Assembly (NCBI GenBank): GCA_023451115.1
Contig: JAEXFV010000022.1
Location: forward strand, 1-50,937
DNA from: Bacillota bacterium
GTDB lineage: Bacteria > Bacillota > Clostridia > Christensenellales > CAG-138
Direction: 5' to 3'
DNA: 50,937 nucleotides
Below, one piece after another: positions 8,219 to 18,083 of the stretch (its first letter is position 1; the number at the start of each line of letters is the position of its first letter). The notes under the pieces were generated by a model. The model searched no databases. It worked only from the letters and a program-made list of their open reading frames with translations, and had not been told where the DNA came from. The translations under genes and the position numbers were made by a program.

Positions 8219-10567
8219 ATGGGTATTCGAAAAAGCATACCGAAGGTTGACGCCGTCCCTAAGGTGACAGGTTCGGCAAAATATGTTGAAGATATGATTC
8301 CGCACAATGCGCTTTATGCGAAGGTGTTGCACAGCACGATCGCCAGCGGGATGGTCAAGCACATGGATTGCGAAGAAGCCGCCGCCATGCCGGGGGTGGA
8401 AGCGGTCGTGACCTGTTTTGACGTTCCCGCAACGCCATACGCAACAGACGGGCACCCGCTCGTGCTCGATCCGCTGCACAACGGCGTAGCCGACAGATAC
8501 ATTCTGAGCAGGCGTGTCCGCTTCTACGGGGATGAGATAGCGTGCGTCGTGGCAAAGGATGCCTTAACCGCACAGAAGGCGATAGAGCGGATCAAGGTGG
8601 AATATGAACCGTTTACGCCTGTATTCACGTCGGAGGCTGCTGTAAACGGCGCAACGCCGGTCAATCCGGATTTCCCGAATAACGAACTTGCGCGGCTCGA
8701 CTTTCACATCGACGACGACGGCGTAAAGTGGGAAGCAGGTGATTTCTCCGCGGACGATACTCTCGCGGGCTGTGAAGATATGCAAAATCACCGTTTCCAT
8801 GTACCGTCCGTCCATGCGGCGCATATAGAACCCAATTCCTGTATCGCCTACATGGAGGGCGATAAGATGGTCATCATCACATGTAATCAGAATCCGTTTA
8901 CCACCAGGCGTCATATCGCGGCGGCGCTTGAACTGCCCGTGGGCAAGGTAAAACTCATAAAGCCTTATATGGGCGGCGGCTTTGGCAACAAACAGGACAC
9001 ACTCTATGAACCCATCGCGGCATTTATGAGTAGAAAACTAGGCGGGCGCCCCGTTGCGCTGATCATGACGCGCGAGGAATGTTTCGTGAACAGCCGTACA
9101 CGTCACAGTATGGATATACTGACTGCGCTCGCGGTGGACGAGAGCGGCAAAATACGCAAGCGCGCCATTCGCATCAATTCCAACGGCGGCGCATATGCGG
9201 CCCATGGCCATGCGGTAGCCGCCTACGCGGTGACAAACTATTTTCAAACCTATTCCGCGGATGTGCTGCAGATCGGACGGTCCTCTACCGCCTACACCAA
9301 CCTCCCTTCCGCTGCCGCCATGAGAGGGTATGGCATACCGCAGCTCGCGTTTGCCATGGAAAGTCAAATGGATGATATAGCATATGCGCGAGGATGGGAT
9401 CCCATCGTGTTTCGCCGCAAGAATATGATGCGGAACGGTTTTCTGGACCCCTTTGACAAATTCCATGTGGAAAGCTGCGGTCTGGACGAATGTATAGAAC
9501 GCGGCGCCGAATATATGGACTGGGAAAACCGACGCAAGGAGTATGCCGCGTTCAATAAGATCTCGCGTGACGTTAAAAAAGGGCTTGGCATGGCCATATT
9601 TTCCTATAAGACCGGTGTATATCCACTGCAAATCGAAAACGGTTCATGCCGCATTGTGCTGCATGAGGACGGTAGCGCGCTCATTCAAACAGGGGCGACC
9701 GATCTCGGGCAGGGTTCCGATACGGTTTTTGCGCAGATCGCCTCGGAGATCCTTACGATACCTGAAACAAAGCTTACGATTGCCTCCATGCAGGACACCG
9801 ACCTCACGCCCTATGACGCCGGCGCTTACGCCTCCCGCGAGTCCTATGTTTCTGGCGGCGCGGTCAAAAAAACGGCGCTCATATTAAAGGATAAGATACT
9901 TGGAAGCGCGGCGGCCATGCTTGGGTGCGGCGTAGATGATTTGGAACTGGCAGACGAGCACATCGTTGATAAGAAGCAAGGTAAGCGGCCGCTGTGTTCC
10001 ATAGCGGATACGGCCGTATACACGCTGTTCTTGAACGATCAAAAAACGCAGACCGAGCAGCTCTGCGCAGAATCGACATACACCTGCTTTAACAATACGT
10101 TTGCCTTTGGCGCAAGTTTCGCCGACATTGAGGTAGACGTTCCTCTGGGGCAGATCAAGGTCAAACGGATATGCTCTGTTCACGACAGCGGCACAATTCT
10201 CAACCCGCAGCTTGCAAAGGGGCAGATCTGCGGCGGCATCGCCATGGGAACAGGCTATGCGCTCTTCGAGCAGCTTTTATACGATGAAAAGGGGCGTATG
10301 CGCAACAGCAACTACCTTGATTACAAGATACCGACCAGCATGGATATGCCGGAGATGGTGGTCGATTTTGTGGAGACCTACGAACCGTCCGGCCCATTCG
10401 GCAACAAGGCGCTGGGCGAGCCGCCGCTCATACCGCAGGCGCCGGCGATCCGAAACGCGCTTCTGCACGCCACGGGCGTTTCGGTGTATAAACTGCCCAT
10501 GTCGCCACAAAACCTCGTTCACGCATTTATACATGCGGGTTTGATCCCGAAAGAAACGGAGGAGTGA
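8219..10567 (+). CDS. xanthine dehydrogenase-family molybdopterin-binding large subunit
   Basis: GGAGG RBS. a/b-hammerhead N-terminus KVTGSAKYVEDM. C-terminal GEPP active-site region. 782 aa. Confidence 0.9.
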   Translation: MGIRKSIPKVDAVPKVTGSAKYVEDMIPHNALYAKVLHSTIASGMVKHMDCEEAAAMPGVEAVVTCFDVPATPYATDGHPLVLDPLHNGVADRYILSRRVRFYGDEIACVVAKDALTAQKAIERIKVEYEPFTPVFTSEAAVNGATPVNPDFPNNELARLDFHIDDDGVKWEAGDFSADDTLAGCEDMQNHRFHVPSVHAAHIEPNSCIAYMEGDKMVIITCNQNPFTTRRHIAAALELPVGKVKLIKPYMGGGFGNKQDTLYEPIAAFMSRKLGGRPVALIMTREECFVNSRTRHSMDILTALAVDESGKIRKRAIRINSNGGAYAAHGHAVAAYAVTNYFQTYSADVLQIGRSSTAYTNLPSAAAMRGYGIPQLAFAMESQMDDIAYARGWDPIVFRRKNMMRNGFLDPFDKFHVESCGLDECIERGAEYMDWENRRKEYAAFNKISRDVKKGLGMAIFSYKTGVYPLQIENGSCRIVLHEDGSALIQTGATDLGQGSDTVFAQIASEILTIPETKLTIASMQDTDLTPYDAGAYASRESYVSGGAVKKTALILKDKILGSAAAMLGCGVDDLELADEHIVDKKQGKRPLCSIADTAVYTLFLNDQKTQTEQLCAESTYTCFNNTFAFGASFADIEVDVPLGQIKVKRICSVHDSGTILNPQLAKGQICGGIAMGTGYALFEQLLYDEKGRMRNSNYLDYKIPTSMDMPEMVVDFVETYEPSGPFGNKALGEPPLIPQAPAIRNALLHATGVSVYKLPMSPQNLVHAFIHAGLIPKETEE

Positions 10568-10570
10568 GTC

Positions 10571-11461
10571 ATGTATGACGTGAAAACCCTGTATAAGGCC
10601 GCGAGCGTTCAGGACGCGCTTTCCCATCTTCAGGACCAGCCGGAGGCTTTGGTGGTCAACGGCGGCACGGACGTCATGATCCGCCTGAGGGAACGAAAGC
10701 TCAAAGAAGCGAGCCTTATTTCCATCATGGGGATCGATGGCCTCAAAGGTATTGCGCTCGGCGAAAACGATGATATCATCATAGGGGCTGGCGCCTGCTT
10801 TAACGATATCTGCAAAAGCGATATCATAGGCAAACGCGTTCCGGCGCTTGTCCGGGCCTGCAACCAGGTCGGGAGCCCCCAGATTCGCTATGTTGCCACC
10901 ATTGGCGGCAACATCTGCAACGGGGCTGTGAGCGCGGACAGTGTGCCGGCGCTCTTGGTATATGAGGCGCGACTCATATTGGAATCACTTGCGGGTATAA
11001 GGGCCGTGCCGCTGGAGTCTTTCCACATGGGTCCCGGTAAGGTGGCCTTCGACAGGCAACGTGAGATCCTGACCACCATCGTGATCCCGGCGGAGGCTTA
11101 TAAGGGATATTCTGCTGATTATATCAAATTCGGGCAGCGCAATGCCATGGAGATCGCAACGCTGAGCTGCGCCGCAAGTCTCTGTCTTTCTCCTGATAAA
11201 GCGCATGTGGGGAATATACGCTTAGCGTTCGGCGTTGCGGCGGAAAAGCCGCTGCGCTGTTATAAAACCGAAGCGGCGCTTGCGGGAAGACTGCCGGACG
11301 CGGACTTCTTTGCGCTGTTGAGAAAAACGGCGCTCTCGGAACTCAACCCCAGGGAAAGCTGGCGCGCTTCAAAGGAATTGCGGGTGCAGTTGATCAAGAC
11401 GCTTGCAACAAGGGCTGTTGAAAATGCTTACAGGACTGCGGGAGGAAGATACGATGCTTGA
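10571..11461 (+). CDS. xanthine dehydrogenase-family FAD-binding subunit
   Basis: CoxM/XdhB-like FAD-binding domain. Translationally coupled to the large subunit. Confidence 0.85.
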   Translation: MYDVKTLYKAASVQDALSHLQDQPEALVVNGGTDVMIRLRERKLKEASLISIMGIDGLKGIALGENDDIIIGAGACFNDICKSDIIGKRVPALVRACNQVGSPQIRYVATIGGNICNGAVSADSVPALLVYEARLILESLAGIRAVPLESFHMGPGKVAFDRQREILTTIVIPAEAYKGYSADYIKFGQRNAMEIATLSCAASLCLSPDKAHVGNIRLAFGVAAEKPLRCYKTEAALAGRLPDADFFALLRKTALSELNPRESWRASKELRVQLIKTLATRAVENAYRTAGGRYDA

Positions 11462-11927
11462 AGCTGTAACCATGAGGGTAAACGGACAGAGCGTTGAAGT
11501 GGCCGTCGAGCCGGGAGAGAGCTTAACGGATACGCTTAGAAACAGACTGGGGCTCACGAGTGTAAAGAAGGGCTGTGAAGCAGGCGAGTGCGGCGCCTGC
11601 ACGGTTTTGATGGATGGAAAGGCTGTAAACAGTTGCATCTATCTGAGCATTTGCGCCGCGGGCCGGGACATTATTACGGTCGAAGGTATACGCGGCGGGA
11701 ATGGGCTTCTGCATCCGGTGCAGCAGGCTTTTGTAGATGAAGCGGCGGTGCAGTGCGGCTTTTGCACACCCGGTTTTATACTCACGGGCGTGGAACTTGT
11801 AAACAGCGGAAAAACCTATACGCGGGACGAGCTCAAAGAACTGATCTCGGGGCATCTATGTCGCTGCACCGGTTATGAAAACATATTGAATGCGTTGGAG
11901 AAGGTAGTAGGTAAAAAAGATGAATGA
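11454..11927 (+). CDS. xanthine dehydrogenase-family [2Fe-2S] iron-sulfur subunit
   Basis: Cys motifs CEAGECGAC and CGFCTPG. Start chosen at MLEAV. Confidence 0.85.
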   Translation: MLEAVTMRVNGQSVEVAVEPGESLTDTLRNRLGLTSVKKGCEAGECGACTVLMDGKAVNSCIYLSICAAGRDIITVEGIRGGNGLLHPVQQAFVDEAAVQCGFCTPGFILTGVELVNSGKTYTRDELKELISGHLCRCTGYENILNALEKVVGKKDE

Positions 11928-12402
11928 ACATACCGAATATTTGAAAGCCGCGAACCAGGCCGCCATAGCGGCAATGAAAAACGGCAATACGCCCTTTGGC
12001 GCGGTGCTCGTGGACGAAAACGGCAAAATTATTATGACGCAGGGCAATGCCGAGAAGGATGAAAACGACGCGACCGCCCATGCGGAGCGTATGCTGGCGA
12101 CCAGAGCATCCAAGACATTCTCAAAGGAATATCTTTGGAAATGCACACTCTATTCTACTTTTGAGCCTTGCCCAATGTGTACAGGTGCAATATACTGGGC
12201 TAATATAGGACGAATCGTATTCGGGCTGACCGAGTTCCGCCTGTTGGAGCTCACGGGCAGCGATGATAAGAACCCGACCTTCAGCATGGGCGCGCAAAAG
12301 GTGATCGACTCCGGTCAAAAGCCCATCGCGATCTTCGGCCCCGCGGGCGCGGGTATGGAAGAAGAACTTGTGGCCCCGCATCGCGGATTTTGGTCAAAAT
12401 GA
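11920..12402 (+). CDS. CMP/dCMP-type zinc deaminase, guanine deaminase (GuaD)-like
   Basis: TAHAE and EPCPMCTGAIYWA zinc-binding motifs. 160 aa. Overlaps the upstream stop. Confidence 0.75.
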   Translation: MNEHTEYLKAANQAAIAAMKNGNTPFGAVLVDENGKIIMTQGNAEKDENDATAHAERMLATRASKTFSKEYLWKCTLYSTFEPCPMCTGAIYWANIGRIVFGLTEFRLLELTGSDDKNPTFSMGAQKVIDSGQKPIAIFGPAGAGMEEELVAPHRGFWSK

Positions 12403-12417
12403 AAGGAACGAAAACCC

Positions 12418-14181
12418 ATGCGAAACTTTGAGGAAATTAAAGATACGTTGGAAGCCGGACTGGGGATCCATGACTGTGATCTCAAGCTTGCAAACGTTCG
12501 GCTCGTAAACGTTTTTTCAGGTGAGATATACCTGACGGATATTTATATCAAAGGGCAGCGCATTGTCTCCATCGAACCGGGCATATCGCTTAAAGCGCGC
12601 GAGGTCATGGACTGTGAGGACCATTTTGCCCTTCCGGGCTTTATTGATACGCATATGCATTTTGAATCCACCATGCTCTCCCCCGAGGCGCTCGCGGCCG
12701 TGGTCACGCCCAAGGGTACGACTACGCTTTGCGCCGATATGATGGAAATCGCAAATGTGACGGGCGAAGCGGGGCTTAAGGCCATGCTCAACGCCATAGA
12801 CCGCCTGCCGTACCGTATGCTCATCGAGGTCTCCTCCCGTGTGCCGACCGCGCCGGGGCTTGAGACAACGGGCGCGGTCTTGGGTGCGGAGGAAGTCGCG
12901 CAAATTCTCGGATGGGAAAACAGCGTAAGCCTGGGCGAACTGGATCCGAGCAAGATTCTCTTTCTAAAGGATGAATATATAAAAAAGGTCGCCGACACGC
13001 TCCAAAAGCGCAAGATCATAAATGGTCATGCCATCGGCAGACTGGGGCAGGAGCTTAACGTATATGCAAGCAGCGGCATTTCGGATGACCATGAATGTGT
13101 CAATGTAGAAGAAATGATAGCCAGACTACGCCTTGGCATGAAGGTCCTCATTCGCGAGGGCAGCACAGAGCGAAATGTGGACGCACTCATCAAGGGCGTG
13201 CTTATGCACGGGCTGGGTACGGAAAATCTTTGCTTCTGTACAGACGATAAGCACGCCACCGAGATCGAGCGGGAAGGGCATATCAATTACAACGTGAACC
13301 GGGCGATCAAGCTTGGCCTGCCACCGATGCAGGCTATACAGCTCGCCACGATAAACGCCGCAAAGCATCTTCGCATGGAGGATGAGATAGGCTCCATCAC
13401 GCCGGGGCGGCTTGCGGATATCATTCTCTGTCGCGATATTCATCTGATCGAACCCGAGATCGTTCTGTTTGCGGGTAAGCCTGTGGCAAAAAATGGGAAA
13501 CTCATCAACGAATGTGAACAGGGTCTATACCCCGCGTGGATCAAGGATACGGTAAAGCTCCTCAAGCCTGTGACTTCTGGATCCTTTGCGGTGAAGGCCA
13601 CCGCCGGGCGGGCCCATGTTACGGTAAACACGATTGCGCTTATCGATGAGCAGATCATCAACCGACGCATTGTGACAACGCTGCCTGTACGGGAAGGAAA
13701 TATCTGCCCGGATGTGGGGCAGGACGTTCTAAAGCTTGCCGTGGTAGAACGGTATGGCAAAAACGGCAATGTCGGAATTGGATTTGTGCAGGGCTTTAAG
13801 ATGGAAAAAGGCGCCATGGCCTATTCGATGAGCCATGATCACCATAATATCGTGGTGGTGGGCACAAATGATGCAGACATGGCCACTGCGGTCAACGAAG
13901 TGGTTCGTCTGCACGGCGGGCTGGTATGCGTATGCGACGGCGAGGTACTTGCTGGAATGGAACTGCCCATTGGCGGCCTGATGAGTGAAGAGGACGCTGA
14001 TTCGGTCATGCGGCGGCTTGAAAAGATGAATACGGCGTCAAGGCGTCTCGGTTGTAAACTCCCTGCTCCTTTTATGACGTTGAGCTTTATTTCCTTGCCG
14101 ACCGTCCCGGAGCTTGGTCTCACCGATATGGGGCTTATAGACGTGTTGAAGCATGAAATCATTCAGCTTTGCGCGGAATAG
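12418..14181 (+). CDS. adenine deaminase (amidohydrolase family)
   Basis: FIDTHMHFEST metal-binding motif. 587 aa. Typical Ade architecture. Confidence 0.85.
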   Translation: MRNFEEIKDTLEAGLGIHDCDLKLANVRLVNVFSGEIYLTDIYIKGQRIVSIEPGISLKAREVMDCEDHFALPGFIDTHMHFESTMLSPEALAAVVTPKGTTTLCADMMEIANVTGEAGLKAMLNAIDRLPYRMLIEVSSRVPTAPGLETTGAVLGAEEVAQILGWENSVSLGELDPSKILFLKDEYIKKVADTLQKRKIINGHAIGRLGQELNVYASSGISDDHECVNVEEMIARLRLGMKVLIREGSTERNVDALIKGVLMHGLGTENLCFCTDDKHATEIEREGHINYNVNRAIKLGLPPMQAIQLATINAAKHLRMEDEIGSITPGRLADIILCRDIHLIEPEIVLFAGKPVAKNGKLINECEQGLYPAWIKDTVKLLKPVTSGSFAVKATAGRAHVTVNTIALIDEQIINRRIVTTLPVREGNICPDVGQDVLKLAVVERYGKNGNVGIGFVQGFKMEKGAMAYSMSHDHHNIVVVGTNDADMATAVNEVVRLHGGLVCVCDGEVLAGMELPIGGLMSEEDADSVMRRLEKMNTASRRLGCKLPAPFMTLSFISLPTVPELGLTDMGLIDVLKHEIIQLCAE

Positions 14182-14255
14182 GCAAAGCCGAAGCATTTTG
14201 GCAGATTTTTCCCGTAGTTGAGTATGGCTCCTGCATAAGATTGCTTTAGGGTGAA

Positions 14256-14675
14256 TCACAAATTCTGATGTTGTATAAAAAAAGTTGACAACCAATCCTC
14301 AAGCAGAAAGAATAGAAAAAAGCAAAAATGGGAGGACCGGGGAATGTCAACAAAGGAAGCAGTGGTTTTGACGTACCTGGTAGCAATACCACGCCAGCGT
14401 TTGAGATGGAGAAACGTGTTTTCCACCAAGTGACGCAGTTTGTACAGGTAAGAATCATACTCTCGCTGCACTACGCGGTTCTTTTTTGGAGGAAGCACCG
14501 GCAGGATCCCTTTTCTCAATGCATATTCCATGATCGTATTGGTATCATATCCCCGGTCGGCCAGCAAATGTTCTGCACAAATCCCATCTATCAGGGCAAT
14601 CGCTTCTTTACAATCAGCTCTGGTACCCGCCGTAACAAGAACTCTGACTGGCATACCATTCGCATCCACGGCCAA
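14256..14675 (-). CDS. IS5-family transposase, DDE catalytic ORF (orfB)
   Basis: DRGYD motif. Overlaps orfA by 85 nt in another frame. This is either a programmed frameshift or a disrupted gene. Confidence 0.65.
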   Translation of the reverse strand: MAVDANGMPVRVLVTAGTRADCKEAIALIDGICAEHLLADRGYDTNTIMEYALRKGILPVLPPKKNRVVQREYDSYLYKLRHLVENTFLHLKRWRGIATRYVKTTASFVDIPRSSHFCFFLFFLLEDWLSTFFIQHQNL

Positions 14676-15140
14676 ATGTATTTTGGTGTTGAGCCCCCTT
14701 TTGTACGTTCCATATCCTGATTTCCTCCCACCGCACCTGCGGCATGGGGGTGTACCTTACAATGGGATGCATTAATCATGAGCCACTCAAAATCGGGCTC
14801 AACAACCAGGGTTTCCAGTATCTTCTCCCAAACGCCCTGGTTTCGCCAACGACGGAACCGCTGATAGACAGAGTTCCAGTTCCCGTACTGGGGTGGAAGA
14901 TCCCGCCAGGGAGCGCCTGTGCGCAAGACCCAGAACACGCCATTGAGAAAACGCCGGTTATCCTCTGCAATGCCGCCCCACTGTCCGCGCTGTCCGGGCA
15001 AAAGCGGCTCAAGGACTGCCCACATTCTGTCGTTTAGATCGTGTCGGTTCTGTTGCTTTTCCATCTGAAGCGCCTCTTGTTCTTGATGTTTCTATTATAA
15101 TACATCCACTCATGTCAACACTATCTATGATAGACAAATC
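14267..15140 (-). mobile_element. IS5-family (IS427/IS1031-like) insertion sequence, about 870 bp
   Basis: Two overlapping transposase ORFs. Imperfect terminal inverted repeats sharing GATnTTGT...GTTGACA at both ends. The boundaries are approximate. Confidence 0.55.
14591..15064 (-). CDS. IS5-family transposase, N-terminal ORF (orfA)
   Basis: DLNDRMWAVLEPLLP HTH signature of the IS5/IS427 group. Confidence 0.7.
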   Translation of the reverse strand: MEKQQNRHDLNDRMWAVLEPLLPGQRGQWGGIAEDNRRFLNGVFWVLRTGAPWRDLPPQYGNWNSVYQRFRRWRNQGVWEKILETLVVEPDFEWLMINASHCKVHPHAAGAVGGNQDMERTKGGSTPKYIWPWMRMVCQSEFLLRRVPELIVKKRLP

Positions 15141-15207
15141 TAACGGAAATTAATTTTTATCCATGCACAAAGCATCAACCGCTCGTGGCATAACCTCAAA
15201 TAAAGTG

Positions 15208-15234
15208 GGAAAAGGTGATTGTGCCCCTTTTCCC
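15208..15234 (-). terminator. intrinsic terminator downstream of modC
   Basis: GGGAAAAGG/CCTTTTCCC stem, followed on the minus strand by a T-rich tract. Confidence 0.45.
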
Positions 15235-15339
15235 GTTACGACAATAACTGTCATGAATAGCCACTTCAGGTTGTCATATAACTTTTTTAAAGATTTCCTA
15301 TACGTCCCCCCTATAGAGCCCAAGGCACCCCAACCTCAA

Positions 15340-16380
15340 TCAATATAGCAGCAAAACATCTTTCGCAGCAACGCCAAGCCTACATTCAGGCTGCATCGGG
15401 CATTGTGCTTTGGGAAGCCTCCACCATAATTCCGGTGCATCAGGCTGCTGATTGCCATAACGAAACGGAATTGTCAATTCAAAAGGCTCTTCAATGGCCT
15501 GGCTCAGCTGCACGGAAAACCGGTTTTCCATGATTTGGCTACCAAACGAATGGGCACGGATGCCAACAGCGCGAAGGCCCTCCCCTATGGGCATGGCGGC
15601 CGTCAATGTGACGCCCCAGTCCGGAACTTCCACCTGAAATTCCCCTGTTTTGAATGCAGGCGCAATATTTTTGCACCCTGTCATTACCGCTGCCGCAATG
15701 CTGCCCGGATTGGCAAAAAGCTGTTTGGTCTCTTGAAGCGTTATCGCGCTACCCCGATCCACCAATGCAATCCGCTGGCAAATGCGATAGGCCTCGTCCC
15801 GATTATGGGTTACCAGCAAGGAAATGCCCCCATACTGTGCCAGCATGCCTTTCATCTCAACTTGCAGCTTTTCCCGCAAATGGTTATCCAGCGCGGAAAA
15901 AGGCTCGTCCAACATCAGCACTTGTGGCCGGCTTACTAAAATCCTTGCCAGCGCGGTGCGCTGCTGCTGGCCACCAGAAAGCTGGGCTGGTTTATGCTGT
16001 TCCAGCTTTTCCAGCCCCATGCGCCGGAGGATCTGCGCAAGCGCCGCTTCCCTAGTCTGGCGGCTCTTCTCCCAACGCAAGCCGCATAGAATGTTTTGCC
16101 GCACCGTCATGTTGGGGAACAGCGCATAGTTTTGGAACAGATACCCCACTTTGCGGCTTTGGGGCGGCAGATCGATTTTGCGCTTGCTATCAAACAGCGT
16201 TCTCCCATCAAGGGAAATATGGCCGCTATCCGGCTTTACAATCCCTGCAATGCACTGAAGCGTCATGCTTTTTCCACAGCCGGAAGCGCCTAATAACCCC
16301 AGCGTTCCATTTTCCGCTTCAAAGGCCATATCCAGTTGAAAAGCGCCGAAATCTTTTTTTATGTCAACGATCAGGCTCAT
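15340..16380 (-). CDS. modC: molybdate ABC transporter ATP-binding protein with C-terminal TOBE domain
   Basis: Walker [17 protein letters not shown] signature, C-terminal TOBE domain. Confidence 0.8.
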   Translation of the reverse strand: MSLIVDIKKDFGAFQLDMAFEAENGTLGLLGASGCGKSMTLQCIAGIVKPDSGHISLDGRTLFDSKRKIDLPPQSRKVGYLFQNYALFPNMTVRQNILCGLRWEKSRQTREAALAQILRRMGLEKLEQHKPAQLSGGQQQRTALARILVSRPQVLMLDEPFSALDNHLREKLQVEMKGMLAQYGGISLLVTHNRDEAYRICQRIALVDRGSAITLQETKQLFANPGSIAAAVMTGCKNIAPAFKTGEFQVEVPDWGVTLTAAMPIGEGLRAVGIRAHSFGSQIMENRFSVQLSQAIEEPFELTIPFRYGNQQPDAPELWWRLPKAQCPMQPECRLGVAAKDVLLLY

Positions 16381-17044
16381 TGGGTATCACCTTCTTATTT
16401 TTACGTTCCAGCAGATTGACCACTAACAGCACCACCGCGGAAATTGCCAAATTCACCATAACCCAGAAAAACGCTCCCGTTTCATCGTTGGTTCGCCAAA
16501 GTTGATATACGGTTGTGGATATGGTGGCGGTTTTTCCCGGCGTATAGCCAATCAGCATACTGGTGGCCCCATATTCCCCCAATGCACGGGCAAAGGCCAG
16601 CACCGTACCAGCCAAAATACCCTGGCGGCAATATGGCATACGAATGTGCCAAAAAATATAACCATTGGAAAGGCCAAGGGTCTGGCCTGAATAGGAAAGG
16701 GTATCATCAAAGCTTTCAAACGCGCCTCGGGCGGTGCGGTACATCAACGGGAACGCCACCACCGATGCAGCCAAAACACCCCCATACCAGGTCATTACAA
16801 AGCGTAAGCCATATTGCGCCAGGAACATACCAACCGGGCGCTTCATCCCAAAGACAAGCAGGATAAAATAGCCGACCACTGTAGGCGGCAGCACCATGGG
16901 CAGGGTAAGGATTACATCCAATACCCCCTTGATTGCCCTGGGCAGCCTGGCCACATAATAAGCGGCAAAGATACCGGTAAAAAAAACGATGACACTGCTG
17001 ATGGCAGCAATGCGTAAAGAATTCAGCAGCGGATACCAATCCAT
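16364..17044 (-). CDS. modB: molybdate ABC transporter permease
   Basis: ABC permease signature region. Start chosen at MDWYPLL. Confidence 0.8.
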   Translation of the reverse strand: MDWYPLLNSLRIAAISSVIVFFTGIFAAYYVARLPRAIKGVLDVILTLPMVLPPTVVGYFILLVFGMKRPVGMFLAQYGLRFVMTWYGGVLAASVVAFPLMYRTARGAFESFDDTLSYSGQTLGLSNGYIFWHIRMPYCRQGILAGTVLAFARALGEYGATSMLIGYTPGKTATISTTVYQLWRTNDETGAFFWVMVNLAISAVVLLVVNLLERKNKKVIPNEPDR

Positions 17045-17111
17045 GATCCCTCTCCATTCTAAAAAGCGGGCAGGCATGCTCCCTGCCCGCACACAGCAGC
17101 GCTATTCACCA

Positions 17112-18008
17112 CTAGGCCACGGGTGCAAAACCAACCGCCTCAAATACGGCCATTGCCTCGTCGGTAAAAAGGTAATCCAGGAAGGCTTTTGCGGCTTCAG
17201 GTTGTTTGCTGATGTTTAGCACCGCAGCCGGATAGATGACCTGCCCGCACATTTCTGCAGTAGCATAGTCCACAATCTCTAAGCCTGCACTAAAGGCATC
17301 AGTGCAGTATACTACGCCGCAATCCACGCTGGCCTCGGCAATCTGGGTGGTAACCTCTTTGACGTTTGTGCCATAGGTGATCACGCCTGCATTGGCCAAC
17401 CCCTCCTCCTGGAGAGTATAATAGGCCAGTATCTTCTGGGTGTATTGGCCCACCGGCACATCGCTGTTGCCCATTGCCATGAGGATATCGCCTGCTTCCA
17501 GCTTGGCTGCCAAGGTATCGAAACTATCAATGCCCTTTGGGTTCCCTTCCGGCACGCAAAGGGTCACCCGGTTTTCCAGGATGTTGGCGCGGGTACCTTC
17601 CAGCACAAAATCTAGCCCCTCTGTATTCACCGCTGCATCCGCTGCAATATCCAGCTGGTTCATCTGTTTCTGGCCTGCGGAAATAAACAAATCGCAGTCG
17701 GCCCCTTCTTGAATTTGCGTTTTCAGCGTTCCGGAAGAATCGAAATTAAACGTCAGCTTTACATTGGGGGCAACGTTAGCGTACAGTTCGCTGATCTTGG
17801 TCAGGGTTTCCGTCATCGAGGCAGCGGCAAATACGATAAGTTCCACCGGCTCCTCTTCTATAGGCGCGGGAGCAGAAGCCGGCTCCACAGTTTCTGCTGC
17901 CGCAGGAGTCTCCGTAGGCGTGACCTGCGCTACCGGAGTTTGAGGCGCACAAGCGGCCAAGCTCAACAGCAATCCCAGTGCTAACAGCAACGATACCAAT
18001 TTTTTCAT
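17112..18008 (-). CDS. modA: molybdate-binding lipoprotein
   Basis: Lipobox LAAC. Periplasmic-binding fold with a Pro/Ala/Glu-rich linker. Confidence 0.8.
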   Translation of the reverse strand: MKKLVSLLLALGLLLSLAACAPQTPVAQVTPTETPAAAETVEPASAPAPIEEEPVELIVFAAASMTETLTKISELYANVAPNVKLTFNFDSSGTLKTQIQEGADCDLFISAGQKQMNQLDIAADAAVNTEGLDFVLEGTRANILENRVTLCVPEGNPKGIDSFDTLAAKLEAGDILMAMGNSDVPVGQYTQKILAYYTLQEEGLANAGVITYGTNVKEVTTQIAEASVDCGVVYCTDAFSAGLEIVDYATAEMCGQVIYPAAVLNISKQPEAAKAFLDYLFTDEAMAVFEAVGFAPVA

Positions 18009-18083
18009 ACTATTCCCTTTCTCTTCTCACTTGTTTTCCAAAATGCGTTTTAAGCATTTATGGTCCTTTACACAGCATCCGCC

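Noticed and set aside
14591-14675. Programmed -1 ribosomal frameshift joining the two transposase ORFs
   Set aside because: No heptanucleotide slippery motif (for example A6G) is visible in the overlap. Kept only as a possibility, and the element may be inactive.
15163-15348. Small ORF between the IS element and modC
   Set aside because: 61 aa, no RBS, and it overlaps the modC terminator hairpin. Likely spurious.
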